The notes beneath the pieces were generated by a model. It did not search any database. It saw nothing but the letters and a program-made list of their open reading frames with translations, and had not been told where the DNA came from. From Cyanophyceae cyanobacterium (GTDB taxonomy: Bacteria > Cyanobacteriota > Cyanobacteriia > Cyanobacteriales > Laspinemataceae), in assembly GCA_038321985.1 (NCBI GenBank), contig JBBQFN010000004.1:295758-359757 (forward strand): a stretch of DNA of 64,000 nucleotides, given 5' to 3'. Shown here piece after piece: positions 19,499-30,076 of this stretch. The position numbers and the translations under genes were made by a program. How positions within the stretch are numbered: the stretch's first letter is position 1; the number at the start of each line of letters is the position of its first letter.

Positions 19499-20440
19499 TC
19501 ATTTTTTATAATGAGGAGCTAACAAGATATCCCAACTTTGAGACTTTTGAGTATATTCATACTCACATCCATCCGCCCGTTCTTCTGGTAAGTCCTCATT
19601 TTCTACTAAAAACTGATATTTCTCCGGATTGCTGCCATAGACTAAACAGGCCATATTATAATACCGTTGAATATCGAGAGAATGTTCTCCCCAATAGGCC
19701 AACTCTTCTAATTCCGCTTCCTCTTCCGCATCGGCGGCAAATTGCCAAACTCCCGATAAAGCAGCGGCTTCCCATTCTTCTCCTGACTCTAATAATAAAA
19801 TTGCTGCAAATTCATCGACCACATCTTCTTCTCTCCCCGTAATTGGCAATTCTAACTGGTCTACTAGGGCGTGTCCGAGTTCGTGAAAAAAGGTAAAAAG
19901 TGCAGCATTAATCACTTCGGCAATATATTCTTCCTCGGTTTCCACCTCTGCCGTGAAGATTTCTTTATATCGTTCGATTAATTCATAACACATCGTGATT
20001 TCAACTGTTGACGGGTCGTAATAAGCATTCTCTTCCCCGCATTCTATGAAATAAACGGGGATATCATTGGGCAAGATTAATACTTCATTAAAGCCGTCGG
20101 CTATTCTTTCAAAGGCTTCACTTTCTTGGATAATATCATGAACTTCTTGATAAGTTTCATCTTTTACATGGCGATGAAATATTTGAATATCTCCCGTATC
20201 TTCAACTTCTTCTGTTTCCGTAGTGTCCTGAATTTTTATAGTCGAATGAATTGCCCGATCGCCTTCTTTTGGAGAACCCGATCGCGCTTTTACAGTAGAG
20301 ATTGATGACACTGACACTTGCGAACCTATTGCACTGAATTTTATTTCTATATCCGTACAACTGATTAAGATAGGATTGAAAATAACCAGACTAACTAGGG
20401 GGAAATAAACACTGCCGAGGCGATCGCGCAAAATATTCAT
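19499..20440 (-). CDS. DUF4344-type putative metallopeptidase (possible lipoprotein)
   Basis: ECGEENAYYDP...MCYEL, HELGHAL, GREEDVVD and WGEHSLDIQRYYN, with a hydrophobic N-terminus ending LISC. Confidence 0.85.
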   Translation of the reverse strand: MNILRDRLGSVYFPLVSLVIFNPILISCTDIEIKFSAIGSQVSVSSISTVKARSGSPKEGDRAIHSTIKIQDTTETEEVEDTGDIQIFHRHVKDETYQEVHDIIQESEAFERIADGFNEVLILPNDIPVYFIECGEENAYYDPSTVEITMCYELIERYKEIFTAEVETEEEYIAEVINAALFTFFHELGHALVDQLELPITGREEDVVDEFAAILLLESGEEWEAAALSGVWQFAADAEEEAELEELAYWGEHSLDIQRYYNMACLVYGSNPEKYQFLVENEDLPEERADGCEYEYTQKSQSWDILLAPHYKK

Positions 20441-20844
20441 AAAATAGCGGCTTAATCGGGATGATAGATTTTAGACGGTCTGCCCCTGAATGGTTGGTAT
20501 TTACATTTAATTTGCATAAAATATCCCCGAGTCTGCTGGAGAATAATAATTTTACTACCTTCAGCCTTCCAAGTGTCTATCGGAATATCCCTTTTATTTT
20601 ACACTTGCAAATTAAAAGAATAAAACTTAAACTTCCAAATTCAGGTCATTGTAGGAGAAAAATCTAAAATTGTCAACCCTCGTAGGACTGAAAAAGGAAG
20701 CTCAGTAATTTTAGGAACCCCTGCGACGGCTAGGGATGCCCCAGGAAACCGAACCGAGGGGGGTGGGAGTGGTGCTTATGGCCTAAAAATCGCTACAATC
20801 CAAGTAGATCTCCTGTTTTTTGTGAAGGTTCTGCGGCTTGAATA

Positions 20845-21501
20845 ATGACTTCATATACTACGACAAAAGCTGACATGATAGAACTCCGACGGCTCAAAGG
20901 CTTACTGCCGCCGGAATTGCAAAGCTGGGTCATGGTCGAAAAAGCGATCGAAGTGAATCCACCCTTGGTTCGCAGTGAAGAAATCGGAAGCGATCAGGTG
21001 GAAGTCCAAATTGACCTAGTGAAGTGGGAACAATTAGCCCTCGATCAGCGCAACTTGCTGTTTTGGCATGAAGTAGCACGCATCCAAAATGACACTATTT
21101 CCAAAGAGGGATGGGAAATGGCAGCGCTGGCGATCGGCTTAGGTGGCGCAGTGGGGGAACTGTGGGTACAGGATGGATTGCTGCTGTTGTTGGCACTGTC
21201 CCTGTGCGGCGTGGCAGGATACCGCCTCTATCAGAAAAATAATGGAGAGCGGACCTTAAAAGAAGCGATGGATGCGGATGAAAAAGCGATCGCCCTTGCC
21301 ACTCGCTTTGGCTATTCCCTCCCCAACGCCTACAAAAGTCTCGGCAGCGCCCTAAAAACCCTCGTCGAACTCACCCCGAAAAAACGGCAGCGCAGCAAAT
21401 ACGAAGCGAGACTACAATCGCTCAAACGCAGTGCTGCCAAAGCTAAAGCCAAAGTTAAAGCCTCTCGGGAAACAACAACCAATACCGAGAGCGTTTACTA
21501 A
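20845..21501 (+). CDS. DUF3318 family conserved cyanobacterial protein
   Basis: ELRRLKGLLPPELQSWV...QRNLLFWHEVARIQND...GWEMAALAIGLGG. Confidence 0.85.
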   Translation: MTSYTTTKADMIELRRLKGLLPPELQSWVMVEKAIEVNPPLVRSEEIGSDQVEVQIDLVKWEQLALDQRNLLFWHEVARIQNDTISKEGWEMAALAIGLGGAVGELWVQDGLLLLLALSLCGVAGYRLYQKNNGERTLKEAMDADEKAIALATRFGYSLPNAYKSLGSALKTLVELTPKKRQRSKYEARLQSLKRSAAKAKAKVKASRETTTNTESVY

Positions 21502-21517
21502 CCCCCTGCGAACGTTG

Positions 21518-22336
21518 CTACAACTGACCCAACATTTTATGGGTCTGTGGCACAACTCGCACGGGCTTGAGCCACCGTTTCATCACCCCCTGCCACGCCA
21601 GCACCTTTGTCGGTGCTGGTGATTTTATGGCGTGGGGAGGGCGATCGCCAAAGTTGGCTGTTTCTCCCGCATTCAGAGGCGTCACAGGTTGCAGAAACAC
21701 CGTCACCTGGGGATTCACCTGTGCCACCAATTGTGCCGCCTGTTCCAAGTCCGTCTCTAGAGTGTCATCAGAAACAATAATTTTCACAAATACATCGACT
21801 CCAGCGGCACAACAGAGACTCAAAAATTCTTGATGTGCCTGCCAATGGGTTTCTCCACTGACACTCGGCAATTTAATATCCATCCCCACGAGATCCAAAT
21901 AAGGCAAAATCCTCTGCAATTGTTGGGGACGATGACCCCCACTTTCCAAATACAGAGGTAACCCGGTTCGTTGTTTGAGTTGGGGTAAAAATTCAGCTAA
22001 AAAAGCGGCATGAAGTAAGGGTTCTCCCCCGGTTAAACTGATGCTGTCATGTAAACCGGGTTGATTTTGACGATCAATCCAGTCTAGGAAGAGGGGGAGA
22101 GGGACTGGGTTGGGATGAACTTCAAAATCGCGATCGCCGGGAGTTTTTTCAATCCGACAGGTATCCGGTGCCGTCCAAGTATGGGCGCTATCGCAATAGT
22201 CACAGCGTAAATCGCATCCGGCAAAGCGAATGAAAATTTGACGAGTCCCCACATTCAATCCTTCGCCTTGAATGCCCGAAAATACTTCGATCGCTCGTGC
22301 AGTGGGAGGAGCGGCAATTTTTACAGTCATGATCAA
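21518..22336 (-). CDS. queE: 7-carboxy-7-deazaguanine synthase (radical SAM)
   Basis: EVFSGIQGEG...FIRFAGCDLRCDYCD, SLTGGEPLL, and C-terminal PQTHK. Confidence 0.9.
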   Translation of the reverse strand: MIMTVKIAAPPTARAIEVFSGIQGEGLNVGTRQIFIRFAGCDLRCDYCDSAHTWTAPDTCRIEKTPGDRDFEVHPNPVPLPLFLDWIDRQNQPGLHDSISLTGGEPLLHAAFLAEFLPQLKQRTGLPLYLESGGHRPQQLQRILPYLDLVGMDIKLPSVSGETHWQAHQEFLSLCCAAGVDVFVKIIVSDDTLETDLEQAAQLVAQVNPQVTVFLQPVTPLNAGETANFGDRPPHAIKSPAPTKVLAWQGVMKRWLKPVRVVPQTHKMLGQL

Positions 22337-22367
22337 CGGATCGATTCTTGATCGGGTTAACGTTTGA

Positions 22368-22955
22368 TTACGGTTGACGCTTGGGCGGAAGTTGGGCGAG
22401 TTTCTGCAACTGTTGTTGCACCTCTACTTCCACTATAGAAGGGATACGAGCGATCGCCTGCACAATTTCCCGTTCCAGTTCCGCGATCGGAGTTTGTCCC
22501 GGTTTGCTCGGAGGGAGTCCATCCAAATACTGTTGGAGGGCTGTAATTACTTCCGTTAAACTTTCTACCTGTTCAAGTTCAGGTCGAGCTTTAAACTCGC
22601 TCCCCAGGCGATGTAACTGGGTTTTAAGCACAATTATCGCTTGCTCCAACTCACTGGAGCGCGATCGCATTTGTCGCACTGACGCTACCAGGGGCTCAAT
22701 CTCATGGGCGATCGTTGCCTTCATCGATTCCGGGGCACTTACCTGTTCCGCCACCGCCTCCCGAGACGGGACAATCTGCGGACGTCGGTTTACCACATTC
22801 AACAACAGAGAAACCGTCACCGGCGCTGCCGCATAGATCACCTGCCCAGAAATAGCCGCCACCGCTGAGCCCACCACCGAGCCAGCCAGGGAAACATATT
22901 CAGCAATATTCAGCCAGTGACGCTGATTCATCAAGTCACCCCAGGTATGGAACAT
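22368..22955 (-). CDS. Hypothetical membrane-anchored coiled-coil protein
   Basis: N-terminal WLNIAEYVSLAGSVVG...YAAAP...LNVVNRR hydrophobic hairpin followed by heptad-like repeats. Confidence 0.7.
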   Translation of the reverse strand: MFHTWGDLMNQRHWLNIAEYVSLAGSVVGSAVAAISGQVIYAAAPVTVSLLLNVVNRRPQIVPSREAVAEQVSAPESMKATIAHEIEPLVASVRQMRSRSSELEQAIIVLKTQLHRLGSEFKARPELEQVESLTEVITALQQYLDGLPPSKPGQTPIAELEREIVQAIARIPSIVEVEVQQQLQKLAQLPPKRQP

Positions 22956-23014
22956 CCCTCATTTTAAGGCTTAACCTGGAAAGTCTACCGTTCCTGGAAG
23001 AGACTCTCGTTTGA

Positions 23015-23135
23015 CCCCAATCCCTCATAGGGGGAACGCTCCATGTCTTTTATCAGCTCAACTATTTTCCGAGGGATCTTTTTGTCCAAATTGATCCAAC
23101 CCTTAAAATCTGCAAAAAACGATTCTTCTGCTCAT
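23015..23135 (-). pseudogene. Txe/YoeB family toxin remnant (frameshifted and 3'-truncated)
   Basis: ATG at 23135 gives MSRRIVF. After a frameshift in a T run it reads ADFKGWINLDKKIPRKIVELIKDMERSPYEGLG, matching YoeB up to the GxGKPE motif, then similarity ends. Confidence 0.75.
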
Positions 23136-23136
23136 A

Positions 23137-23361
23137 TTATAGCAAATCGTCTAAACTTACTTCAATCAAATCTTGATGATTTCTAATGTTTTTAATAGCA
23201 TTGTTTAATTTATGTTTGTTAACTTTTGAATTTAATAAATATGTAGTTTCATCAATTTCAGAAACCACAATTTCTATATCTTTACCTGAAAATTTTACTT
23301 TAATATCATCTAAAAATTAAACATCAATTTCATTAGCATTTAATCGATAAATAGCTGCCAT
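23137..23361 (-). pseudogene. Antitoxin (YefM/Axe-like C-terminus) with an internal stop
   Basis: MAAIYRLNANEIDV*FLDDIKVKFSGKDIEIVVSEIDETTYLLNSKVNKHKLNNAIKNIR... with a TAA at codon 15 (23317-23319). ETxYLL..S..N..L is YefM-like. It lies 1 nt upstream of the toxin remnant. Confidence 0.75.
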
Positions 23362-23557
23362 AATTGTTTCTGAATTGAGAGGCAAATCTTAAGCACAGGA
23401 CAATCCTAACATAGCCACCTCTGAAGATTCAACCTAGCCCCACTCCTGAAAACCCAATCTAGAAATCTTCTAAGAGCCTGCGCGATCGCGGTAAAATCGA
23501 TTCGTTGAAATCAGCAGCACCCCAACTGCTCGCCGTGCAATCCATAGATATTGAACT

Positions 23558-24649
23558 ATGACTGATTCTCCTTCCACTACCCAAGAAACTACCGTAAAAA
23601 CTCCCTCTGACACCAACTGGTCCGAGTTACTGCAACAGTTGCTCGATCGCCAATCCCTGAGTGTCGAGCAAGCCAGTCAGCTCATGTATGGATGGCTCGC
23701 CGAAGAAATCCCCCCGGTATTATCTGGGGCCATCTTAGCGGCACTGCAAGGGAAAAGTGTTTCCGCAGAGGAACTGGCAGGGATGGCAAAAGTATTGCAA
23801 TCCCAGTCTGCCTATATGCAAACCGGAGAGAATGGCGCAACTCGGAAACAGGCGATCGATACCTGTGGCACCGGAGGCGATGGGGCTTCGACTTTTAATA
23901 TCTCCACCTGCGTAGCCTTTGTCGCCGCAGCAGCCGGGGTTAAAGTTGCCAAACATGGGAATCGATCGGCATCGAGTAAGGTAGGTTCGGCCGATGTTTT
24001 GGAAGCCCTGGGGGTGAATTTGAATGCACCGGGTAGTCGGGCGATCGCCGCCTTAGATGAAGTCGGAGTCACCTTTCTGTTTGCACCCGGTTGGCATCCA
24101 GCCCTGAAAGCTGTGGCCTCCCTACGCCGCACCTTAAAAATCAGAACCGTGTTTAATTTATTAGGACCTCTGGTAAATCCGGTGCGACCCACCGGACAGG
24201 TGATAGGCGTCTGTGAACCCAACTTAGTCGTTCCGATCGCCCATGCATTACGACAGTTGGGAACCGAATTAGCCATTGTCGTGCACGGACGAGAAAAACT
24301 CGATGAAGCGGGGTTAGCGGAGGCCAGCGATCTAGCCATTCTTGCCAATGGAGAAGTGCAACTAAGCTCCATCACCCCTGCCGAACTCGGTCTACAACCG
24401 GCACCCACCGGCGCACTGCAAGGCGGTGACGTTGCAGAAAATGCCACCATTTTGCAGTCGGTCCTCCAAGGCGCAGGAACCCAAGCTCAACAGGATGTCG
24501 TGGCGTTAAATGCAGCTTTAGCCTTAGAAGTGAGTGGCATTATCCCCGTCAGTAACCATATCGAGGGCATTACCTTAGCTAAAGAAATTCTCGCCTCCGG
24601 TGCCGCTTGGTCAAAATTGGAACAATTGGTGGCATTTTTGAAAGAGTAG
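23558..24649 (+). CDS. trpD: Anthranilate phosphoribosyltransferase
   Basis: [26 protein letters not shown] and [13 protein letters not shown]. Confidence 0.97.
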   Translation: MTDSPSTTQETTVKTPSDTNWSELLQQLLDRQSLSVEQASQLMYGWLAEEIPPVLSGAILAALQGKSVSAEELAGMAKVLQSQSAYMQTGENGATRKQAIDTCGTGGDGASTFNISTCVAFVAAAAGVKVAKHGNRSASSKVGSADVLEALGVNLNAPGSRAIAALDEVGVTFLFAPGWHPALKAVASLRRTLKIRTVFNLLGPLVNPVRPTGQVIGVCEPNLVVPIAHALRQLGTELAIVVHGREKLDEAGLAEASDLAILANGEVQLSSITPAELGLQPAPTGALQGGDVAENATILQSVLQGAGTQAQQDVVALNAALALEVSGIIPVSNHIEGITLAKEILASGAAWSKLEQLVAFLKE

Positions 24650-24660
24650 GGCCTGAAGAA

Positions 24661-24717
24661 GGTGCGTCAGACACTCAATCTTAGACTAGAACCCTTGAGG
24701 TTGGGGACTGAGGCACC
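24661..24717. repeat. Inverted repeat between convergent genes (REP-like or terminator)
   Basis: GGTGCGTCAG (24661-24670) ... CTGAGGCACC (24708-24717), one mismatch. Confidence 0.45.
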
Positions 24718-24830
24718 CTATAGATTTCGTCCCCTTCCAATCAATAACTCATAGCCAAATCTGGCATTTCAACCCCTGGGATTAAATTAGCCCTTGTCAT
24801 GCGGGCGTTGGGGGCTATGAACCAGATCCC

Positions 24831-25409
24831 CTACTGATTCTGACCCGCGTCGCCCCGAGTTCGCAACTCAATGATATTTTCCTTGATGGTGATATCGTAA
24901 CTGCCAAAAAAGTTCTGCCCTAAGAGACCCATTCCTTGCAGACCCCCCTCCACGTCTGGCGGGGCGATCGTGACGATGAGTTCTTCAAGGGTTGCATCCC
25001 CGACTTGGATTGTAGAAACCCGGCCCACTTCCATTTCCACTTGTGACGCACTTGCCGTGGAAATTATAGCTTTATCGAAGGCCACCACATTCAAACTCCG
25101 GGCCATTGTGGGGGTGATTAATGTAGCACTAGCCCCCGTATCGAATAGCATTTCAAACTTCTCGGAGCCATTGAATAGAACATCTACAACGGGAATCCCA
25201 CCACTACGCCGTTTAATCGGAATTTGAAAGACTCCAGAAGTTGATCCCCCTGGGGTGTCCGTGGTTTGGTTGGGGCAGAGGTTCCCTAATTCAATAAAGT
25301 TGCCGTTACTATCGATGGCGAAGCAACCTGGATATTCTTGAGTTAGGGCAGAAGGCCCCATCACTCCCAGACCGGTCACGGTAAACAGGGTACAGAGAAT
25401 TTTTTTCAT
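24831..25409 (-). CDS. Secreted retropepsin-like aspartyl protease
   Basis: Signal-like MKKILCTLFTVTGL, catalytic MLFDTGASAT, and GLLGQNF. Confidence 0.88.
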   Translation of the reverse strand: MKKILCTLFTVTGLGVMGPSALTQEYPGCFAIDSNGNFIELGNLCPNQTTDTPGGSTSGVFQIPIKRRSGGIPVVDVLFNGSEKFEMLFDTGASATLITPTMARSLNVVAFDKAIISTASASQVEMEVGRVSTIQVGDATLEELIVTIAPPDVEGGLQGMGLLGQNFFGSYDITIKENIIELRTRGDAGQNQ

Positions 25410-25852
25410 TAAACTTGTCCTCTTGGCAGTTAGAGCAGCAATAGAAAGGGGGGCAACGGCTAAATCCGAGTCATGCAATCGGAGTTGATATCAGTTAAAG
25501 GGCGGTGCTTTTAAGATTAGTATGCCCGGTCATTTACAAAAAGCTAAAGATTCCGAGACGATGGGAGCGGTTGGAGGTTTCCCAGGTTGCGGAGGCATCC
25601 TGGACCCAGAACTAGAGGGGGCGGGGCAAATTGGCTCCGAGAAGGAACATAGGTGAGAAAATGTTGGGGTAGGGGTTAAGGCTAGTGAGTTGCGATCGCT
25701 TCTTTACATTAGCGCTAATGGATACGCGCCAAGAAAGCAAGTCATGGAATAATTAGAGGTTACGGAAGTCAAACGGCTGGGTCCCTGATCGATTAATGGA
25801 CCCCTCACCCTTGACCGCCGAAAATTGACCCCTGAAAGCTAGTGAGGTTTCT

Positions 25853-27013
25853 ATGTCTCTTTCTGCCGATCGCCCTGCCTTGCTCGTACTGGCAGATGGA
25901 ACGTCCTATCGCGGTTGGTCCTTTGGAGCCACTGGCACGACCATTGGTGAAGTGGTTTTCAATACCGGCATGACAGGGTATCAAGAGGTATTGACAGACC
26001 CAAGCTACTGCGGCCAGATCGTGACGTTCACCTACCCTGAATTAGGAAATACCGGGGTAAATTCCGATGACGAAGAATCCCAACGGCCCCAAGTCCGAGG
26101 GGCGATCGCCCGAAATATCTGCAAACGCCCCAGCAACTGGCGCTCTACCCAGTCCCTACCCGATTACCTGATCCAAAACAATATTCCCGGCATTTACGGA
26201 ATCGATACGCGATCCCTAACCCGTAAAATTCGTATGGTTGGAGCCATGAATGGTGGGATTTCCAGCGAAATCCTGGATCCGGCGGAATTGTTAGCCCAAG
26301 TACAAGCAGCACCCTCCATGAAGGGATTAAATCTCGTCCCCGAAGTATCCACATCAACGGTTTACGAATGGACTGAAAGCACCGACCCCCATTGGGAATT
26401 CAGCCCCCAAGCTCAAGGGATGAACGGGGAAACGTTCACCGTCGTTGCCCTAGATTTTGGGATTAAGCGCAATATCCTGCGTCGTCTCGCCAGTTATGGA
26501 TGTCGAGTGATAGTCGTTCCTGCTACAACCTCAGCCGAGGAGATTCTCAAGCATAACCCAGACGGTATTTTTCTCTCAAATGGACCGGGAGACCCTGCTG
26601 CGGTTACCGAAGCGGTCGAAACCGTCAAACAATTGCTAAGTTCTGAAAAACCCATGTTTGGGATTTGTCTAGGACACCAAATTTTAGGGCTGTCCCTGGG
26701 TTCAGAGACCTTTAAGCTCAAATTTGGACATCGGGGATTAAATCAACCTGCTGGGTTGACAGGTCAAGTAGAAATTACAAGCCAAAATCACAGCTTTGCC
26801 TTGAGTGATGATTCTTTAAGCAGCGATATTGAGGTCACCCATTTGAACCTCAACGATCGCACCATTGCGGGGTTACGTCACAAGTCTCTCCCGGTATTTT
26901 CGGTCCAATACCACCCCGAGGCGAGTCCCGGTCCCCACGATGCGGACTATATTTTTCAACGGTTTGTCGAGTCGATGGCTCAAGCTCGTACTGCCTCAAA
27001 AACAGCCAGTTAG
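25853..27013 (+). CDS. carA: Carbamoyl-phosphate synthase small subunit
   Basis: [36 protein letters not shown] and [12 protein letters not shown]. Confidence 0.98.
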   Translation: MSLSADRPALLVLADGTSYRGWSFGATGTTIGEVVFNTGMTGYQEVLTDPSYCGQIVTFTYPELGNTGVNSDDEESQRPQVRGAIARNICKRPSNWRSTQSLPDYLIQNNIPGIYGIDTRSLTRKIRMVGAMNGGISSEILDPAELLAQVQAAPSMKGLNLVPEVSTSTVYEWTESTDPHWEFSPQAQGMNGETFTVVALDFGIKRNILRRLASYGCRVIVVPATTSAEEILKHNPDGIFLSNGPGDPAAVTEAVETVKQLLSSEKPMFGICLGHQILGLSLGSETFKLKFGHRGLNQPAGLTGQVEITSQNHSFALSDDSLSSDIEVTHLNLNDRTIAGLRHKSLPVFSVQYHPEASPGPHDADYIFQRFVESMAQARTASKTAS

Positions 27014-27046
27014 AAGGGTGCGGGATATTGGACTGTGTTAATTAAG

Positions 27047-27078
27047 CGCTCCTGCCTTGTCAATAGACAAGAGGAGCG
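27047..27078 (+). terminator. Stem-loop downstream of carA
   Basis: CGCTCCT-GC-CTTGTC-AATA-GACAAG-AGGAGCG imperfect hairpin, with no clear U-tract. Confidence 0.4.
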
Positions 27079-27176
27079 ACTACAATCTTAAATCTAAGGC
27101 GCTGCCTGTTTACAAGCAGCGAAAAAGCCTTTAAAATAGAGCGTCGATTTGAGGAGTATGCAGCTAGGAGGGCGTT

Positions 27177-27545
27177 ATTCCTGAGCCATTAACCCTGACC
27201 GTTAGCCTAAGAGGCACGCGCGAAGTCGGGAACGATTACCAACTTTTCCGTCTCACTGGCTTATTGGACGCATTTTCGGAAGCGACCTTCCGCAAAGCGA
27301 TCGGTAAGTGTATTGATGAGGGTCCCACGAACATTATTTTGGATTTGTCCAAAATTGATTTTGTTGACAGTTCTGGTTTGGGCGCACTGGTGCAACTGGT
27401 AAAAAAAGCTCAAACTGCTGAAGGTACCTTGCAAATTGTTAGCAATCCCCGGGTGACCCAAACGGTCAAACTGGTTCGATTAGAACAGTTTCTCTCTTTG
27501 CAGACATCGGTGGATGCGGCCCTAGAGAACATCAAATCCACTTGA
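27177..27545 (+). CDS. STAS-domain anti-sigma factor antagonist, probable ATT start
   Basis: LDLSKIDFVDSSGLGALV motif. The frame extends upstream of the TTG at 27264 as IPEPLTLTVSLRGTREV...FRLTGL to ATT 27177, which lies 5 nt after SD AGGAGG (27166-27171). An in-frame TAG sits at 27165. Confidence 0.88.
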   Translation: MPEPLTLTVSLRGTREVGNDYQLFRLTGLLDAFSEATFRKAIGKCIDEGPTNIILDLSKIDFVDSSGLGALVQLVKKAQTAEGTLQIVSNPRVTQTVKLVRLEQFLSLQTSVDAALENIKST

Positions 27546-27635
27546 GTGTTTAACGCTCTAAATGGCTATCCAGTTCAATTCTTGATACTGGATGGCTCAT
27601 CTATTGGGGTGGCCGGTCTGTAACTGCCCGGTTCC

Positions 27636-27667
27636 ACTTCCGCAATTTTTTAGAAAATTGCGGAAGT
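27636..27667. terminator. Strong hairpin downstream of the STAS gene
   Basis: ACTTCCGCAATTTT-TTAG-AAAATTGCGGAAGT, 14-bp perfect stem. Confidence 0.55.
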
Positions 27668-28024
27668 TTCTCTATCCTTGAGTGTTCAGGGAGACGATCG
27701 CCCTATCGAGCAGGTGAGAACCGGATGAGGGAATGTTATAATCCCCATATTCCTCGGCTCGATTCCCAGACCAACACCGGCTCAACTTCTGGGATCGCCT
27801 ACCCCATTCAAGGCGATCGCAAAAAGTAGCGATACTCAAAGGAAGAGGAAACTTCAGACTATCCGCGGACTTACCCCTCTAGGATGTGAGGCTAGGGATT
27901 GTCTCCTGTAAAATTTTCGCTTTTCAAGAATTCAAAACAACAAATGATAACCCAGTTAACCCAGTTAGGGGAGTTTAGACGTGGGAGCGGGAACGATTAA
28001 CTTGCAAAGTCTGGTGCGGGCAGT

Positions 28025-28558
28025 ATGACAGTAATCCCAGAAGCAACAAGCCCACAAGCTAATCCAATCCCTGACGTCCCCAATAGTCTCCCTGCTCTCG
28101 ATCGCCAAGAGTGCTTGTCCCTGGTACTCCCGGTCAAAAAATTGTCAGCACCGGAAATTCAGCAGCTATCACCGCTCGCCCTGGCTTATGTCGGTGATGC
28201 AGTGTACGAACTGTTTATCCGTAGCTGGTATTTACGACCACCCAAGCGTCAGAAGATCTATCATAATTGTGTGGTGTCGCAAGTGCGCGCCGAAAGTCAA
28301 GCGCAAATGCTGCGATCGCTCGAACCCTTCCTAACCAGCACCGAACTTGAGATTCTCAAACGCGGGCGCAATGCTGCCAGCGGGGGGCCAAAACGAGTAG
28401 ATGCCGCCATTTATCAACAGGCAACGAGCTTAGAAAGCCTGATGGGATATTTATACCTCACCGATCCCAACCGATTGATTTTCTTATTCACCCAATTAAA
28501 CTTGGAACCCGTCGAGAGTGGTGGCTCTACTGAACTTAAACCCAGTTCCACCCATTAA
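28025..28558 (+). CDS. mrnC: Mini-ribonuclease III
   Basis: [28 protein letters not shown] and [16 protein letters not shown]. Directly upstream of rlmB. Confidence 0.92.
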   Translation: MTVIPEATSPQANPIPDVPNSLPALDRQECLSLVLPVKKLSAPEIQQLSPLALAYVGDAVYELFIRSWYLRPPKRQKIYHNCVVSQVRAESQAQMLRSLEPFLTSTELEILKRGRNAASGGPKRVDAAIYQQATSLESLMGYLYLTDPNRLIFLFTQLNLEPVESGGSTELKPSSTH

Positions 28559-28649
28559 CGCGCCGATTCCCACCCTTGAGCTTCCCAGTCCGGGAAAGAG
28601 ACTCGACACCACAAGGGATAAAGCCATCTAACCCCCAATCATTATTGTC

Positions 28650-29690
28650 ATGCCTGGTAAACCCGAAAAATTGAAACCCTCAGTCCACTCCAAGCGAGAC
28701 TCCTACCCCAAAAAAGATAGTTCCTCGGGATCGTCCTATCCCAAAAAAGACAGTCCCTCGGGATCGTCCTATCCTAGAAAAGACAGTCCCTCGGGATCGT
28801 CCTATCCTAAAAAAGACGGTAAAAATCACAAATCCTTCCCCCCGCGTTCTTCCCAACCCGCCCTGGAACCGGACACAGACCTCAAAGATATGATTTACGG
28901 TCGCCATACCGTATTGAGCGCCTTAGAGGGAGAGCGCCAACTGCATCGGATCTGGATCACGGCCCAATTGCGGTACGATCCCCGATTTCACACGGCGCTT
29001 GCCTCGGCCAAATCCTCGGGCACCGTGATTGATGAAGTTGATTATCGCCGTCTGGACCTCCTCACCCACGGGGAAAATCACCAAGGCGTAGCCGCACAGG
29101 TTTCTCCCTATACCTATTGGGAACTGCCAGACTTGATTGCCAATGCCTTAAAGGTGACCGATCGCCCGGTACTTCTGGTAGGGGATGGGATTAACGACCC
29201 TCACAATTTAGGTGCAATGATTCGCACTGCCGAGGCGATCGGCGCACAGGGCATGGTGATTCCCCAAAGACGCGCGGTTGGGATCACTTCAACGGTGATG
29301 AAAGTAGCCGCAGGCGCGTTAGAATTTTTCCCCGTTGCCCGCGTTATCAATCTCAGTCGAGCGCTGGAAGAGTTAAAGGAAGCGGGTTTTTGGATTTATG
29401 GAACCGCTGCCAACGCTCCCTCGGTTGTGAGTAGCATCGAATTTACCCGACCTACAGTTTTGGTCATTGGATCCGAAGGGGAAGGTTTAAATTTGTTGAC
29501 ACAACGTCACTGTGATGAATTGGTTTCTATCCCTCTTATGGGCAAGATCCCCAGCCTAAACGTCTCTGTAGCAACGGGCATGGCGCTTTATGAAATTTAT
29601 CGTCAGCGATGGACCCAGCGCCCCAATATGGGAAATTTCAAGCAAAATACTGTTGAAAAAATAAATACAACGGAGTATAAAGAAATGTAA
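28650..29690 (+). CDS. rlmB: 23S rRNA (G2251-2'-O)-methyltransferase
   Basis: [33 protein letters not shown] and SLNVSVA SpoU motifs. Confidence 0.95.
   Translation: MPGKPEKLKPSVHSKRDSYPKKDSSSGSSYPKKDSPSGSSYPRKDSPSGSSYPKKDGKNHKSFPPRSSQPALEPDTDLKDMIYGRHTVLSALEGERQLHRIWITAQLRYDPRFHTALASAKSSGTVIDEVDYRRLDLLTHGENHQGVAAQVSPYTYWELPDLIANALKVTDRPVLLVGDGINDPHNLGAMIRTAEAIGAQGMVIPQRRAVGITSTVMKVAAGALEFFPVARVINLSRALEELKEAGFWIYGTAANAPSVVSSIEFTRPTVLVIGSEGEGLNLLTQRHCDELVSIPLMGKIPSLNVSVATGMALYEIYRQRWTQRPNMGNFKQNTVEKINTTEYKEM
28701..28817 (+). repeat. 33-bp in-frame tandem repeat (about 3.5 copies) in the rlmB N-terminal extension
   Basis: TCCTAYCCYARAAAAGAYAGTYCCTCGGGATCG three times plus a partial copy, encoding SYP(K/R)KDS(S/P)SGS. 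Confidence 0.9.
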
Positions 29691-29760
29691 ATAATTCGGT
29701 TAGATCAAACTAAGACTCAATAGCACCTCGTCGGCATACATCGCTAAATAGGGGAATGAT

Positions 29761-30045
29761 ATGAAGGAATTGAAAGAAATCATGATTAGCTTGCTGAACT
29801 TTTTAGGCTGGGCTTGGTGGGTAGAGATTGCCACAGACAATCCTCGCTGCACTTACTACTTTGGACCATTCCTGAGTAAAAATGAAGCCGAAACCGCTAA
29901 AAACGGCTACATAGAAGACCTCGAACAAGAAAGCGCTCAGGGCATCTCTTTTGCCGTCAAACGCTGCAAACCCAGCGACCTCACGGTTTACGAGGAGCCG
30001 GGGGAGATGAATAGCCGGGGAAAATCACCGGCATTTAGCAGTTAG
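29761..30045 (+). CDS. DUF1816 family cyanobacterial protein
   Basis: WWVEIATDNPRCTYYFGPF...GYIEDLEQE...KRCKP. Confidence 0.9.
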   Translation: MKELKEIMISLLNFLGWAWWVEIATDNPRCTYYFGPFLSKNEAETAKNGYIEDLEQESAQGISFAVKRCKPSDLTVYEEPGEMNSRGKSPAFSS

Positions 30046-30076
30046 TTTGAACCGGGAGGCTCGTTAATTATTGAGG

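Noticed and set aside
27264..27545. ORF-track start (TTG 27264) for the STAS protein
   Set aside because: It would remove the first strands of the domain. The SD-ATT at 27177 fits better.
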